In this document: piece after piece, positions 22,282-36,700 of the stretch | How the letters are laid out: each line of letters starts with the position of its first letter | Numbering within the stretch: the stretch's first letter is position 1 | Assembly: GCA_043228905.1 (NCBI GenBank) | Contig: JBHGNT010000004.1 | Coordinates: 17,112,001 to 17,176,000, forward strand | Reading direction: 5' to 3' | DNA length: 64,000 nucleotides | Source of the DNA: Azolla caroliniana | Lineage: Eukaryota > Plantae > Polypodiophyta | Notes under the pieces: model-generated | Databases searched by the model: none | Told to the model about the DNA's origin: nothing | The model's input: only the letters and a program-made list of their open reading frames with translations | Made by a program: the position numbers and the translations under genes

Positions 22282-25200
22282 TGTTGAGAATCAAGCTCAA
22301 CTTGGTCTAGTGTGTGAACTCACCTTGAGAGTGAATAGACACTCCAACGGTCAAGAGTCACCATTATGTCACCTCTTTGTATTCTAGCATTTAGTATGAG
22401 TCATAGAATCATATTGTATGACACATAACTTATGAGCTTTCACATTCCCCATGCTCCATGAGTCTTGTAGTTAATGAAGAGAGAGGGTGACTATATAAAG
22501 AACCCTTCTCCCATCTTGTATTTAGTCGAGTCTTTCTCCTTTGTTAATATAATTTTACCTTGCGCGTTCTCTGTGTATTACTCCTTGTCTCTCTCACTCT
22601 CTCTCTCTCTCTCATACACACACAGTTCACACGTATTCCGCTACACAAGAATCATATCCGATTCTTTACATGGTATCCGAGTGATTTGGTAGCTCGATCT
22701 AGCCCATTCGCCTAATTGTGATCGTGTGTTGTGCTCCACGCCGACGACCAAGAACCGGCTCATCGCTATCGTAGCTTCGCTACATAGCACGCATTCGAAG
22801 AGAGAAGAAGAAGAAGAAGAAGAATCGACATAATGAATACTCAAATGGGGAGCGCTCTCCCTACCAAGAAGTTGGATTGAAACAACTTCGCATCTTGGGA
22901 GTACAAGATGCACCAATACCTTGTCGGACAAGGCTATTGGAGCTACATCAAAGGAGCGCATGAAGACGACCCGCCGAAGCGGCTCCTGGATACGCGACAT
23001 GGGAGCAAGCCGCAAGCCGCGTGATGTATTGTTTGGCAACATGTGTTCACGACCACATGCTCGGTTACATTCGAGAAGCCAAGACGCCGAAGGAAGCGTG
23101 GGAAAATCTACGAAAGATTTTCGCCGCCAACACGACCGCGAGGAAGCTTCAACTCCACCAAGAGTTGAACAACATTCAACAAAGGGACATGTCCATCACA
23201 ACATACACCTCAAAGATCAAGGAGCTTTGTGATTCGTTCGGCTCAATAAGCGTAAATATCGATGATGATGAGATGGTGCAAATATGCCTCGACGGCCTCG
23301 CACCATAGTTCGGCGCGATGCGAACCGCCGTTCTAGCACGGGAGAAATCTCCCTCCTTCTTCGAGCTCCAATCAATGCTATTGGTTGAAGAAAACCACAT
23401 GCGTACAATGAGCAATGAGTCGGAAGGCCACATGCTCTACACGCACTCGAACGGAGGAAGAGGACGCAGACGAGCGAGAGGCCGATTCGGCCAAGGACAA
23501 GGCGGACGAGGTTCGACCTACGACAACAACTCCCAATTTCGGCCGCAAAACGGAAGCCAATGAGGAACCTTCGCAAGAAGGGGGAGCTTCCATTCTGGCC
23601 CGAGCCGTCAAAACGCAACCGAATGCGGATATTGCGGAAAGCTCGGCCACCACGAAGAAGAGTGTCGAAAGAAGATGAGTGAATCGGCTTCCAGAAGCCG
23701 ACAACTCACGAATTACGTGCACAATTCTGACTACGAAGAGTATAGTGGAATGTACGGGCACAACTCCGACTACGAAGATCGTAGCGGAATGTATGCACAC
23801 AACTTCGACCGTGGTGGAATGTTCATGATGAAACATAGAGCAAACTCTATGTCGGCCGCTACCTCAACTAGTGCCTCTAGTCCGGAAGACGTATGGTTCG
23901 TCGATTCCGGTGCCTCAAACCATATGACATTGCATCAAGAATGGTTCTGAGAACTTCGAGAGCCAGACCGACCCGACTATGTCGAAACCGGAGATGACAC
24001 TACGCACCCGATTCGGCACATCGGCAATGTTCCGTTCGGAAAAGAAGGTAAGCAAAATTACATTAAAAATGTCTTGCATGTACCGACCATTAAGAAGAAT
24101 TTGGTCTCCGTCGGCCAAATTGTAGAGCAAGGGATGCAAGTTTGATTTAATCAAGGCAGGTTCTTCATCGAAAAAGAGGGCCGACTCCTCGCACGCGGAC
24201 GAAGAGAGGGCCGAATGTTCATTCTCAACCCACACGAGATGAAATCGGCCATGTTTGCAAAGGGCATGAAAGCCAACTCCGACATAGAGTTGTGGCACAA
24301 GCGAATCGGCCACATCAATCTCAGCAAACTCAAAGCAATGAAATCGAAAGGAGTCGTCATCGGACTCCCGACATTCAAAGAAAAGGAGATTGAAGGGGTA
24401 TGTGAAGCGTGCCAATTCGGCAAGTAACACCGACACCCATTCCCGAAAGAGTGGAACGTGAGGAAAGGTCTACTTGACGTAGTCCATTCCGACGTATGGG
24501 GACCGGCGCAGACGGCTACATTCGGCGGATGCCAATATTACGTGCTCTTCATCGATGACTTCTCTAGGCACACTTGGATCTACCCGATGCGGCAAAAGAG
24601 CGAAGTGTTCGGACACTTCCAAACATTCAAGAATGAAGTCGAGAAAGCCACGGGCCGACATGTACGTTGCCTTTAATCGGATGGCGGCAAGGAGTACTTC
24701 TCGAACGATTTCACGGCGTATCTCCGAAATGAAGGAATTCGACGAGAATTCACTTGCCGACACACTCCGCAACAAAACGGGGTAGCCAAGCGCAAAAATC
24801 GGCACATCCTCGAAGTAGCGCGGGCCATGATGAACGAGAAGCATATGCCCAAGTCATATTGGGTCGAAGCGGCAAATACGGCCATCTACCTAATGAACCG
24901 GTGCACAACATCTGGCGTGCACGAGGTCACTCTGCATGAAAGATTCTTCGGAAAGAAGCCGAACCTATCATATGTTCGGATATTCGGCTCCATTGCGTGC
25001 GTGCACATCCCCGACGAGAAGCGTCAAAAGCTCGACCCGAAGTCGGAGAAATGTATCCTCGTAGGATACTCACTGGAGCAAAAGGGGTACAAGTGCTACA
25101 ACCCCTCAACTCGAAAATCTCGGGTAAGTCGAGACGTCGTCTTTGACGAGTTTGCATCTTGGTACGCACCAGAGACAACTTCGACTCCGACCCCACTCGA

Positions 25201-27811
25201 CCCGGAATCCACCGAACAAGAGATAGAGGATGAAGATCACCTTACGCGCATGTTCGAAGAAAGTCCGATCACGACCTGACTGAGCGGACCACAAGAGCCT
25301 TTGAGCGATCAAAGCACATCATGGCCTAGCCTGAAGATGGACAAAGGCAAGGCGAAAATGGCGGAATATGAAGACGATCGCTTCGACGACGATGAATCGA
25401 CTCACTCACTCGACAGTGAGTTCGGCGGCTTCGATGTACCAATCGGAGCTAAGAAAGCCCTCATCTCTGCAAATGAAAAGCTCCACTGATCCACTTGTGA
25501 AAAGAACCCCGTAAGCCGATTCGGCTACAACGATTATATGATGTACCATTACGCCTTTATGATGAAGGTAGTAACAGTACAGGAGCCGGAAACCTTTTCC
25601 GAAGCAGCCAAGGATCCGCGATGGATCGAAGCCATGAACGAGGAGATGCAGGCACTACGCAAGAACGAGACGTGGTATCTTGTTCCCACCTCACCACACA
25701 AAAAGGCGATTGGATGTAGATGGATTTACAAAGTGCAGTACAACGCTGACGGTTCCATCAACCGCTACAAAGCATGACTCGTAGCGAAAGGCTACGCCCA
25801 AATGCAAGGAGTTGACTACGAGGAGACCTTTGCCCCGGTGGCAAAGATGAAAATGGTGCGGACCGTAATTGCGCTTGTCGCGGTGAAAGGGTGGCACCTC
25901 CATCAAATGGACGTCAAGAACGCCTTTCTACAAGGCGAATTAGAAGAGGTGTACATGATACAACCACCTGGCTTCAACTCGAGCACCCATCCGAAAGCTG
26001 TATGCCAACTCAAGAAGCCACTCTACGGCCTCAAGCAAGCACCGCGTGCTTGGCATTCGAAGATAACGCAATATCTTCATCAAATCGGCTTCCGTATATC
26101 AAAATCGGACAACTCCCTCTACATACGAAACGATTCCGCAAGTCCGATCGTCATCATCTTATATGTGGATGACCAAGTCATTGGAGGTGAGCATCTTGTC
26201 GAAATCAATAAGGTCAAATCCCTCCTTTCCGACAAGTTCGAGATGACGGACATGAAGGAACTCCACTACTTCCTCGGCATTGAGGTAATTCGGACTCCGG
26301 CCGGAATCATGATTTCTCAACGGCACTACACATCCTCAACTTGTTATACAAGTTCGGTATGGCTAAGTGCAAATCCGTGGCAACCCCGCTCGATCGTAAT
26401 CTCAAACTAGATGCGAACTCCGGCACCAAAGCGTGTGAGCCGACTCAGTATCGACAACTCATCGGGAGTCTCATCTACCTCACAATCACTCGACCCGATC
26501 TCAGTTATCCGGTTGGTCTCCTTAGTCAATTCATGCAAACACCGCGTGATACTCACTTGGATTGCGCTAAGCGAGTTCTACGGTACGTGAGCGGCACAAT
26601 GGATTGCGACATCCTCTACAACACCGCGATGCTAATACGCCTCGAGGGGTACACAGATGCCGATTGGGCCGGCTACAAAGCCGATAGAAGATCAACCTCC
26701 GGATTTGTTTCCTCCCTCGGTAGCGGAGCAATATCCTGGAGTAGCAAGAAGCAGCCTACCGTCGCTCTTTCGAGTACGGAGGCAGAATACAGGGGCGCAG
26801 CCGTAGCTGCGTGTGAAGCCGTATGGCTCAAGAGGATTTTGAAGGATCTGGGCGTACCCATCAAGGATCCGACTTCCCTTTATTGCGACAACATGAGCAG
26901 TATCTATCTAGCTCAGAACCCAGTGTTCCACGGGCAGACAAAGCACATCGAAGTGCACTATCACTTCATTCGAGAGCGCGTTCTAGTTGGCAATGTCGAC
27001 CTACAACACATTAACATAAATCTTCAAACGACTGACATCTTCACTAAAGCCTTAGGAGCCGACAAGCTGTGGCAATTCATGACCGATCTCGAATTGACGA
27101 TCCCTGACCTGCCAAGCTTGAGGGGGAGTACTGAAGATATTACGCAATAACGCGTGGATTCCGCAAGCCGCGCACACTACGCAAGAACGTGTGGATTATG
27201 CAACCACACAACGAAGCTGCGAAGAGCCGATCTACCGCGCAAAGCCGCGAAGAAAGACGCAAGCCGAAGCACAGACTTCGCAACTACTCACAACGCAAGC
27301 TGGAGCACGGATTCCGCAACTCCGCATAAATGCGAGTCGACGCGAGTCGACGCGGACTCTGGAACGCGAGTCGAAGCGGATTTCGGATACTGTCTGAAAC
27401 CAACCCGACTTGAGCTTGAGGGGGCGTGTTGAGAATGAAGGTCAACTTGGTCTAGTGTGTGAACTCACCTTGAGAGTGAATAGACACTCCAACGGTCAAG
27501 AGTCACCATTATGTCACCTCTTTGTATTCTAGCATTTAGTATGAGTCATAGAATCATATTCTATGACACAACTTATGAGCTTTCACATTCCTCATGCTCC
27601 ATGAGTCTTGTAGTTAATGAAGAGAGAGGGTGACTATATAAAGCACCCTCCTCCCACCTTGTATTTAGTCGAGTCTTTCTCCTTTGTTAATATACTTTTA
27701 CCTTGCGTATTCTCTGTGTATTACTCCCTATCTCTCTCACTCTGTCTCTCTCTCATACACACACAGTTCACACGTATTCCGCTACACAAGAATCATATCC
27801 GATTCTTTACA
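22282..27811 (+). mobile_element. Element C: full-length Ty1/copia nested in the RT of B. LTRs 22282-22670 and 27427-27811; TSD GTTCC
   Basis: GTTCC at 22277-22281 and 27812-27816. TG..CA ends, PBS TGGTATCCGAG at 22671, PPT 27415-27426. Confidence 0.96.
22845..27150 (+). pseudogene. Element C gag-pol
   Basis: gag, CGYCGKLGHHEEEC knuckle, WFVDSGASNHM, WHKRIGH..CEAC, IN core, RT (YVDD) and RNase H (YTDADWAG, TKHIEVHYHF). Multiple stops and frameshifts. Confidence 0.92.
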
Positions 27812-29862
27812 GTTCCAGAAAACACAGGACGATCACTGTGTGTTCGTCAAAAGGTACAAAGAAGGAGATTTCTTGATTCTCTTGCTATATGTTGATGATA
27901 TGTTGATAGTCGGCCAAGATGCAAGGAAGATTGGAAGCTTGAAGAAAGCTCTCGGTAAATAATTTGCCATGAAAGACCTTGGACCGGCAAAGCAAATCCT
28001 AGAGACAGAGCTCGGAAGGTGCTATGGTTGTCACAACAAGAGTATGTGACGAAGATCCTAGAGAGGTTCAACATGTCAAATGCAAAGTCGGTCGGCTCAG
28101 TGTTGCTGACAAACTACAGATTAAATGCGAAGCAATGTCCGAAGGTACCATATGCCTCAGCCATCGGCAGTCTAATGTATGCTATGGTCTGTACGAGACC
28201 GGACATAACATTTGTTGTAGGAGCAGTAAGCCGATATATGAGTAATCCAGGGAGAGAACACTGGGCAACAGTGAAGTGGATACTAAGGTACTTAAAGGGC
28301 ACCTCGGGTGTGTGCTTAAGGTATGGTGTTGGAAAACCTGTGATGGTAGGTTTTACTGATTCGGACATGTCTGGAGATACCGACTCAAGCCGATCCACAT
28401 TAGGGTACGCGATGACCTATACAGGGGGAGCATTGTCGTGGCAGTCACGACTGCAGAAGTCTGTAACCTTGTCGACTACAGAGGCAGAGTACATGGCAGC
28501 GATAGAAGCCAGAAAAGAGCTGATCTGGATGAGAAATTTTCTCACCGAACTAGGCATGAAGCAAAAGGAGTTCTTGCTTCACTGTGACAGCCAAAGTGCC
28601 ATACACCTAGCCAAGAACGCGACATACCACTCCCGAACCAAGCACATACAGAGAAGGTATCACTGGTTGCGGGAGAGCGTCGAAGAAGGAGAGTTTTCTC
28701 TCGAAAAGATCCATTCTGACGACAATGGATCCAACATGCTGACGAAGAACCTACCTATGGAAAGACTCAGAATCTATCGACAAAATACAGGACTGACATA
28801 TTTCCTCCCACAGGAGTGAAGGGGGAGTTTGTTGGGAATATGTCCCTCCAATGGGAGGATGATCCGACTATTCGGAAAGCCGACAATAGAAGAGTCGGAA
28901 AACAAGAGCCGAGTTGATGAGGAACTCGGCCGAAGCCGAAATCGGAATCGTGTAAATAGCCAACTTAGGAGACTATATTCGTAAATAGTCTTAGTGTGCA
29001 CCCCATGAGGGCTACGTATGTAAATAACCAGAAAGTTGCATAAGTATATACGCAACTAGGGCAAACTTTAACGGTGTGACGAACAGAGATTAGAGAGTGT
29101 GTGCAGAAGTTGTTGTGTGCAGGAGAGTGTGTGTGAGTCGCGCCATAGCTGTGTGAGTAACAACAGATGCGAAGAGCCCTGTGCGGCTGATACACTCGAC
29201 AGAGTGTTGTATTCCTCTCAGTGTTGTATATCCACTTTGTATAGTGAAGAAATCTGTTCACCCGTGGTTTTCCCTGTTTTAGGGTTTCCACGTAAATCTC
29301 TGTGCACCATTGTTTATCTTGTCTTTTCTTGGCATTTTTGTGTGATTTGTATTTTAGTGCGAGCTCGTTTATTGTGATCTATTCTGCAATGATTACTCAA
29401 TACAATTGTCTTACATAACACTTTTTATACAAGTCCTTAAAAGGACTGACATAAGTGTAACTGACAAGTACTTCAATGCTCATACGAGCGATTGACACTA
29501 ACTCTAAGGAATATGCCTACATACTAGGCTAAGATTGTAGGCCTCTAACGGCCTACCGGTTACAATCCGATCCGTCTCTCTGATCTAGCTCTTGATTCCA
29601 GACACTGATCCAGATACCTATCTGGTTCCCCGTTCCGGATACCGATCCGGATCCAGTTGAGCTTGTCCGCTCAACACTCCCCCTCAAGCTCAACTTGAGG
29701 TCAGATCGATGTGTTAGTGTCTGCCAACCTTGTAGTCGGCTTCTTCTGGTGTCTTCTCGCCTTGCTCGCGCTCCTAGACCCATCCGGTTCCACTTTCCAC
29801 AACACGTCTAGTCCTGCGCATCACGACCTTCTCGGTCGACTTGTCTACTCGTAAGGCCCATC

Positions 29863-32800
29863 TTAGCTCCTTTGTTGTTGCGATTCAAGCGCTTCTCCAC
29901 CTGTTGGTTCCTCCGTGTCGTTGTCAACTTCCACTGCCTCCTCATCTGTTTGACCTAAGTTTAGTTGATTCGGCTCCTTCGAATCGAGTACCTCTGATTC
30001 ATTCCAACTCTTGTTCGAATTGGCTGTCTCCAATTCATCCTCAATCTTCAAGCCCTTTACCATATCAGACCATGTCCGGGTCTTGGCCTTCTTCTTCTGG
30101 TCAGCTCTGTCCTTCTTGACTCTATCATCGTCGTCGCTTGTTCCCGCTACTTTAGTCGACTCGGCTTCCTTTTCCCTCTTGTCTCCCCCTGTTTCAATTT
30201 CCTTCTCCTCGGCTCCTTGTCCCGTGCAATTACCTATACCAGTACCAATACTCGTTCTCCCCCTCAAGTGCAGCATGTCGAGATGTTGTAGCCCAAGCAA
30301 CTCCAAAAAATGTTGCAACTTGTCCGATCCGTCCAAACATACCAGAGTTCGACTTCACCGCTCAGGACCCGCCCGTGCACAAAGTGATAATGCACTTCTA
30401 TGTGCTTTGTCCAAGCATGGAATATAGGGTTCTTGGCCAGTTGCATGTTGCTCATGTTGTCGCAGTAAATTGTGATCGGAGTCGCTACTTCGATACGGAG
30501 GTCTTGCAACAGTCGTCAAAGCCAGATGGCTTCATAGGTGGCAATGGTAGCACCCCAATACTTAGCCTCAGTGCTCGATAGAGACACCGTCGGTTGCCTT
30601 TTGCTACTCCACACAATAGTCACGCTACCTAGAGAGAACATGTAACCGAAAGTGGACCGAAGATCCAAAGCTTTGCCAGCCCAGTCGACATCTTAGAACC
30701 GACTAGCTTCTCGGTTATACCGTGTCGGTATAACAGTCACCGATCCTAAGTGCCGCTAACATACTTGAGTATTTGGTGCGCGCACTGAAGGTGGTCCACG
30801 GTCGGCGTCTGCATAAACTAACTTATCACCTCGACCAGATAGCAAATGTCGGGTCGAATGATAGTAAGATATATGCGGCTTCCGACAATTTGTCAGAACT
30901 ATTTCTCATCGCAGGCCGGTCCGGAGTTGGGACGAAGCTTTAGGTTCCAGTCTAGGGGTGTGGAGATTGGTCAGAAATCCGTCATGCCGAACTTGTACAA
31001 CATATTCAACACATGATGTCACCATGAGAGCAATATGTCGTCGGTGGTATGGATCACCTCGATCACGAGGAAGTAATGAAGGTTCCCCAGGTCCTTCATT
31101 TCGAATGCGTCCGATAGCTGGGACTTCACTCGGATGATTTCAATGAGTCAGGGTTCGATGATGACGAGATCATCCACATATAGCAAGATGCACACCGGAC
31201 CTTCCAGACCTCTCTGGATGAACAACGACGAGTCGGACATTGAGGTTGTAAAGTGACTTCTTGAGTTGGCACACTACCGACTTGTTCATCTCCGACTGAA
31301 ATCCTGGGGGCTAGATTATGTAGACCTGTTCTTCAAGGTCACCTTGAGGAAATGCATTCTTCACGTCCATTTGGTGAAGATGCCACCCCCTAGCCATAGA
31401 TACCGCTAGCACCACACTGACCGTCGACATCTTCGCTACCGGAGTGAAGGTCTCGTTGTAGTCGATTCCATGGGTCTGTGCATATCCCTTCGCCACTAAC
31501 CGGGCCTTGTACCGGTTGACCGAACTGTCAACATTATACTTTACTTTGTACACCCACATGCAACCTATCGGTTTGCAATGTCTAGGAGGATCAACTAGGT
31601 CCCAGGTGTCATTGGCATCAAGGGCCCACATCTCTTCCTCCATAGCGATATGCCAATGTGTGTCTTTTGCTACTTTTGTGTAGCACTCCGGCTCACTCAC
31701 TTTTGCCACTTTCATCATGTACGCATAGTGATGCGCCATGTACTCATTATATCTATACCTCTTTATGGGGTTTTTCTAGTGGGTGGATCGGTGTAACTTC
31801 TCGTTAGCCAATTTGAAGGCCCCTTGGCCGACTCGGGCTTGGTTCCTGAAGGTCCATCATCGTTCCTTCCGAACTTGGATTCGCTCCAATCCGACTCGTC
31901 TCTGCCGGTGTCATATTTCGGCATCTTCTTCTTCCCCTTCTCTTTGCATGTGAAAGCACGGCCGAGTCTTCATTGCTCGCCGGTTCTTCATCTTGCTGGT
32001 CTTTCCAACTTAGCTCTTCATTTGGCCCGCTCAGCCGAAATGAGGTCAGACTCTCATCTAGAGTACTGAATTCTTCTTCATCTTTTGCTTGGATCGTTTC
32101 CGGCTCATTGGACTCATCTTCCGGAATCGGGTCGGAATCGGGGGTCGGAGTTAGTAGAGAGTACTAGGATGTTGATTCGTCAAACTCAACATCTCGACTT
32201 ACTCGGTCTGTCTTTCTCCAAGGATTGTAGCACTTATACCCCTTTTGCTCATAAGAATAACCGACTAGTATGCACTTCTCCGACGTCGGGTCCGGCTTTC
32301 TCCGCTTCTCATCAGGTACATGCACATAGGCTATGCTGCCGAATATCCTCAGATGTCATAAATTCGGCTTACGCCCGAAATACAACTTGTGTGATGACAC
32401 CTTTTCCTCGATCCGGTTTTGTATGTAAACGATCTTCTAGACTGCTTCGGCCTAGTAGAACTTGGGCATGCTCTTCTCCTCCAGCATTGCCCGAGCCGCT
32501 TCGACAATCAACCGGTTTTTCCTCTCGGCCACACCTTGTTCCGATGTGTACCTATAATGGAGTTCTCACCAAATTCCCTTCTATTTCAAATAGGTGTTGA
32601 TTTGGCCGGAAAAGTATTCGACAAGACTTTGTAGGTTCCGGAAACCTCTCCGACATGCATGATCGGGCGAGGAGTGTTGTCTCCGGTTTCGGCAACTCTT
32701 GGTTGCTCCGACTCTTTATGGCTCGTCATGTGGTTAGATGCTCCGGAATCAACATACCACACTTCCTCCAATCCAGAAGTGGTCTTCTTCATCGAGTTTG

Positions 32801-33766
32801 TCTTGTGTTTCATCACAAAGGCTGGCCCTTTTCCGGTCTTTCCGGTTTCATATCCTTCTGATCCTTCGGCGTACTGCGAGCTTTGTCGATAACCTTGCCT
32901 AGCCTTGCCGGATCCGGATTTATCCAAATCGGCACACTTCTTCCAGCACTCGCTCTCTTGGTGGCCTTTCTTGCCACAATAGCAACATTCTGTCTCAGCT
33001 TTTCCTTGCCAGTTCCTGGCGCCGCTTTGACTCCTCCTGCTTGTGGAGGGTTTGGATATGATGTCAGCACTATCTCTTTGCCTCTAGTTCTGTTTTTGCC
33101 GGCTGCAGCTATTGCGTGCTAACTCACCTCATCCTCCACGCCCACGGGGTCGATCCACCTCCGTGTACAACATCCAACTGTCTGATTAAGTGGTCCTCGA
33201 CCCACTTTTATGGTTTTTTCGACCATTAGCATCGATTGCTAGTCGAAGAAGGACGGTGGTTTCTCCTGATTACAAATCATTGTTCGAATTGGCCCATACC
33301 ATTGTGCTAGACCACTGAGGCAGATCTGGACCATCTCATCTTCGTCCACCGTCACATTGATGGAACCTAGTGCATTATAGATCTCCTTGATCTTGGTGGT
33401 GTAGTTAGTAACCGACATGTCCCTTTGTCGGATATTGTCAGGCTCTTGTCGGAGTTGCAACTTCTGGGCCATTGTGCTTGGCACCGCGAAAATCTTCTTC
33501 AGATTTTCCCAAGCTTCTTTCAGCGTTTTTTCATCCTTGATGTAGTTGAGCATCTAGTCGTGCCCACAGGATGCGAGACAGTACAACACTCTGCTCGCTT
33601 CTTGCTCCCATGCCGGGAAGTCCTTGTGTGCCGGCTATGGCGCTACCTCGTTTGCTCCTTCGACATAGCTCCAATATCCATGTCCAAGTAGATATTGGTG
33701 CATCTTGTATGACAAAGGTGTGTAGTTATTTTTGTCAAGTTTCTCCGTCGGGAGCGAGCTTGCCAT
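29863..33766 (-). pseudogene. Element D gag-pol (gag, PR WYVDSGAS, partial IN, RT, RNase H, C-terminal extension)
   Basis: ORF fragments 33239, 32586, 31311, 30264 and 29863. Many stops and frameshifts, plus a deletion joining PR to mid-integrase near 32640. Confidence 0.85.
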
Positions 33767-36700
33767 CCCTTTGTCCATTTCTTTTCCTTTCGTTCTGTGT
33801 TTTTCCGGAAGTTAGGATTCATCTATGGAAATCGCTTGTTGACAACACAGGTTCTCAACCCTCGTGCTCTAATACCATGAAAAGAATTACGTGCAAAAGC
33901 TTGTAGATGAAACCAAGATAGGCTAAGTTGAGAAGATGGATGAGGTGTTCTCAAAATTGAACAAGGATGAGGTGAAAACATTGGGGAAATACATGAAGCA
34001 GGCTGAGGTTGTAGCATATGGAGGTGTGGCAGGAACTCCTCCCAGCCACGTACTTGAGTTGGTCGTGTCGGGTTACGGGTGCCTGGGTAGGGAGAAGCCT
34101 TGACGGCTACCTAATGGGAGAAGAGAAAGAACCTCTTGTTAAAATGAGTAGTGAATGGAAAGCATGGAGAGCTACCCACATGTCTTTGTATACGTGGCTT
34201 CTCAACTCCACGGTTCCATGAATCGCCACAATTGTTGATGGAATTTTAAGTGTGAAGGAGATTTGGGAGAAATTGCAAAAGACGTATGTTGGAAGGGGAA
34301 ATAACATGAGAGTATTTCAAATCGAGCAGGAGATAGATGTCGTCTGGTAGGGAGATAGGATGATTCAGAAATATGCCATAGACCTGGAGCGTCTATGGGC
34401 AGAATATGATCATTTCTCACCTGTGACAGTGTGCAATGATCCTCAATGTAAGAGCAAGGAAATTTCTGCTCAAAGAAGAACCATGCAAATTTTGAAACAT
34501 CTCAACCTGTCATTTGATCAAAGAAGGATAGTTCTTGTAGCCAAGGTTGAAATTCCCGCACTTGATGAGGCAATTGTGACTATGATACATGAGGAGAGTA
34601 GAATGAAGCTGCTCTCTAACACCATCGGACTTCCAGGGGTACAATCGGCACTAGTGGTTTCAAATTCAAGCGGGAGTGAAAATAAAAAATGCTAGAATTG
34701 TGGTGAAGTTGGTCATTTAAAGAATGTTTGCCCTAAACCATCGAAGGAGAGAGAATATGGAGGACGTGGACAAACTAGAGGTCGTGGTCGAGGGGGCCGA
34801 AGAGGTGGAAGAGGAGGTCACCAAGCAAATCTGATGGTAGTAGAAGAAGAGGAAGAAACTAAGGTGGTGTTCACCGAAGAGGATCAAACTCTCTTAGAAA
34901 TACTTAGGAGGAAGCAAAGAGCCACAGATTATACTTCATTCATGTCAAAAGGCAACGTTGCCACCTATGCTTATTCGGCTACAAGTACTAGCAACACAAA
35001 TACTCTTGCCTCTACACAATAATGGATAATTGATTCTGGTGCATCTAGGCATGTGACGGGTAATGCTGGTGAATTCTCCTCCTATACCCACTTAGCAATG
35101 CCAGAGAGCATTCAAATTGTTGATGGTACAACACAACCTATAGTTGGTTTAGGTAAAGTGAAATGTACCGACTTTGGGATATTGTCTAATGTGTTGCAAA
35201 CTCCTCCTTTCCTAGTAAACCTATTATCCATAAGTTCTATCATACACCAATTAAAATTTGTTGTTTCTTTTGATATTCCCAAGGTGATATTCTAGGAGAA
35301 AGGGACAGGTTAGAGACTTGGAACTAGCACATGGCATAGTGGACTATGGTATTTGTATCGTGAGGGGTTGGATTCAGTATTAACATCTATGGTAAAGGGA
35401 ACCGATGTAAGGGGATCTAAAACGAGTTTTGAGAACTTGTTGATACTTTACCACTAACGTATGGGAGATACCTCTTATGGTGTTTTGAGTCAGGTGTATC
35501 CACACCTTTTTGAAAAGGCTGATAAAACAACACTTGTTTGTGATGCATGTCAATTTGGTAAACTTACTAAAAGTTCATATGCTAGTTCAGGTCATAGGAG
35601 TTCCCATGCATTTGATGTAATACACTCCGATGTTTGGGGACCGTGTTCCACAAGATCTATTAATGGATATCGATATTTTGTCTCTTTCATTGACTACTTC
35701 TCTCGTGTGACTTGGTTATATTTAATGAGGAAAAAGAATGAAGTATTTTATTGTTTTAAATATTTTCATAGAGCAGTTCAAACTCAATACGATGCAGCAG
35801 TAAAAGTGTTGAGGTTTGATAATGGAACAGAGTATGCTAACATTACATTTAGGGCATACCTCTCAGATCAAGGAATACAACATCAAATTACATGCCCATA
35901 TACACCAGCACAAAATGGAGTAGCAGAGAGGAAGAATAGACATCTTCTAGAGGTAAGAAGAAGCATGATGATTTCTATGAATGTCCCAAAGCAATTGTGG
36001 GGACATGCAGTTTTGACGGTTCCTGCATTGATCAATAGAAAGCCATCTAGGTTATCGGAGTGGAAGTCTCCATGTAAGTTGTTGCAAGGGAATAACTCTG
36101 GAATCCTTCCTTTGAAGGTGTTTGGATGTGTGTGTTTTGTAAAGGACAATAGACCATCTGTAGGAAAACTCGAGAGAGAGTGAGATATAGAACTAGTTTT
36201 CTATTGTAACCGCCGGTTTTGGCGAAGACATAGAGCTCGAGGTCGTTGCCTCTGAGCCTCAGATTGTATTCCTCCCCTCATAGTGATAGTTGGACTTTGT
36301 GGGCTCCCGTGTTTTTTCCCATTCAGGGTTTTCCATGTAAACATCCTGTGTCATCTCGGTCTTCTCATTTCTGCGTTTTGATTCTCATCGAAGTGATTCA
36401 AGACTCAGTTGTGCACGAGCAACATTCTGCGTTATTTCCTTTCAAATTGGTATCAGAGCGAACAACACAGGAAATGGAAGAGTCATTCGGCGGCATGTTC
36501 AAGCTCACCGGTTCCAACTACTCAGTGTGGAAGTCGAAGATGAGGGACATGTTGGTGGTTAAAGATCTTTGGTTGTCGGTACAGTTCGGGGACAAGAAAC
36601 CATGCAAGATCGATGCCACGACATGGGAGGTGATGCACGTGAAGACAACGACGTACATCTGGTGCTTCATCAACATGAGCGTATGTAACAACTCCAATGA

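Larger units (their letters stand above)
19567..28819 (+). pseudogene. Element B gag-pol, interrupted in RT by element C
   Basis: gag MEDLLIVKDL, CFYCGKPRHF.KDC, WVIDSGASFH, IN (IDDHSRK, DNGGEY, NGLAERMNRT), RT YVDDML and RNase H. Several stops and a deletion near 20690. Confidence 0.9.
18529..29402 (+). mobile_element. Element B: Ty1/copia, Tnt1/Tork-like. LTRs 18529-19538 and 28830-29402; TSD CAATT
   Basis: CAATT at 18524-18528 and 29403-29407. PBS T(A)GTATCAGAGC at 19542. PPT GGAGTGAAGGGGGAG before 28830. RNase H motif SRTKHIQRRYHWLRE. Confidence 0.93.
18356..33914 (-). mobile_element. Element D: degenerate Ty1/copia (C/J family). 3' LTR split (29408-29676 plus 18356-18528) by element B; 5' LTR reduced to 33878-33914
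   Basis: Met-type PBS TGGTATTAGAGC (33866-33877, minus) and PPT 29677-29688. The LTR end TG(C/A)AAAGAATTACGTG..AAGCTTGTAGATGAAAC occurs at both 18356 and 33878. Confidence 0.85.
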
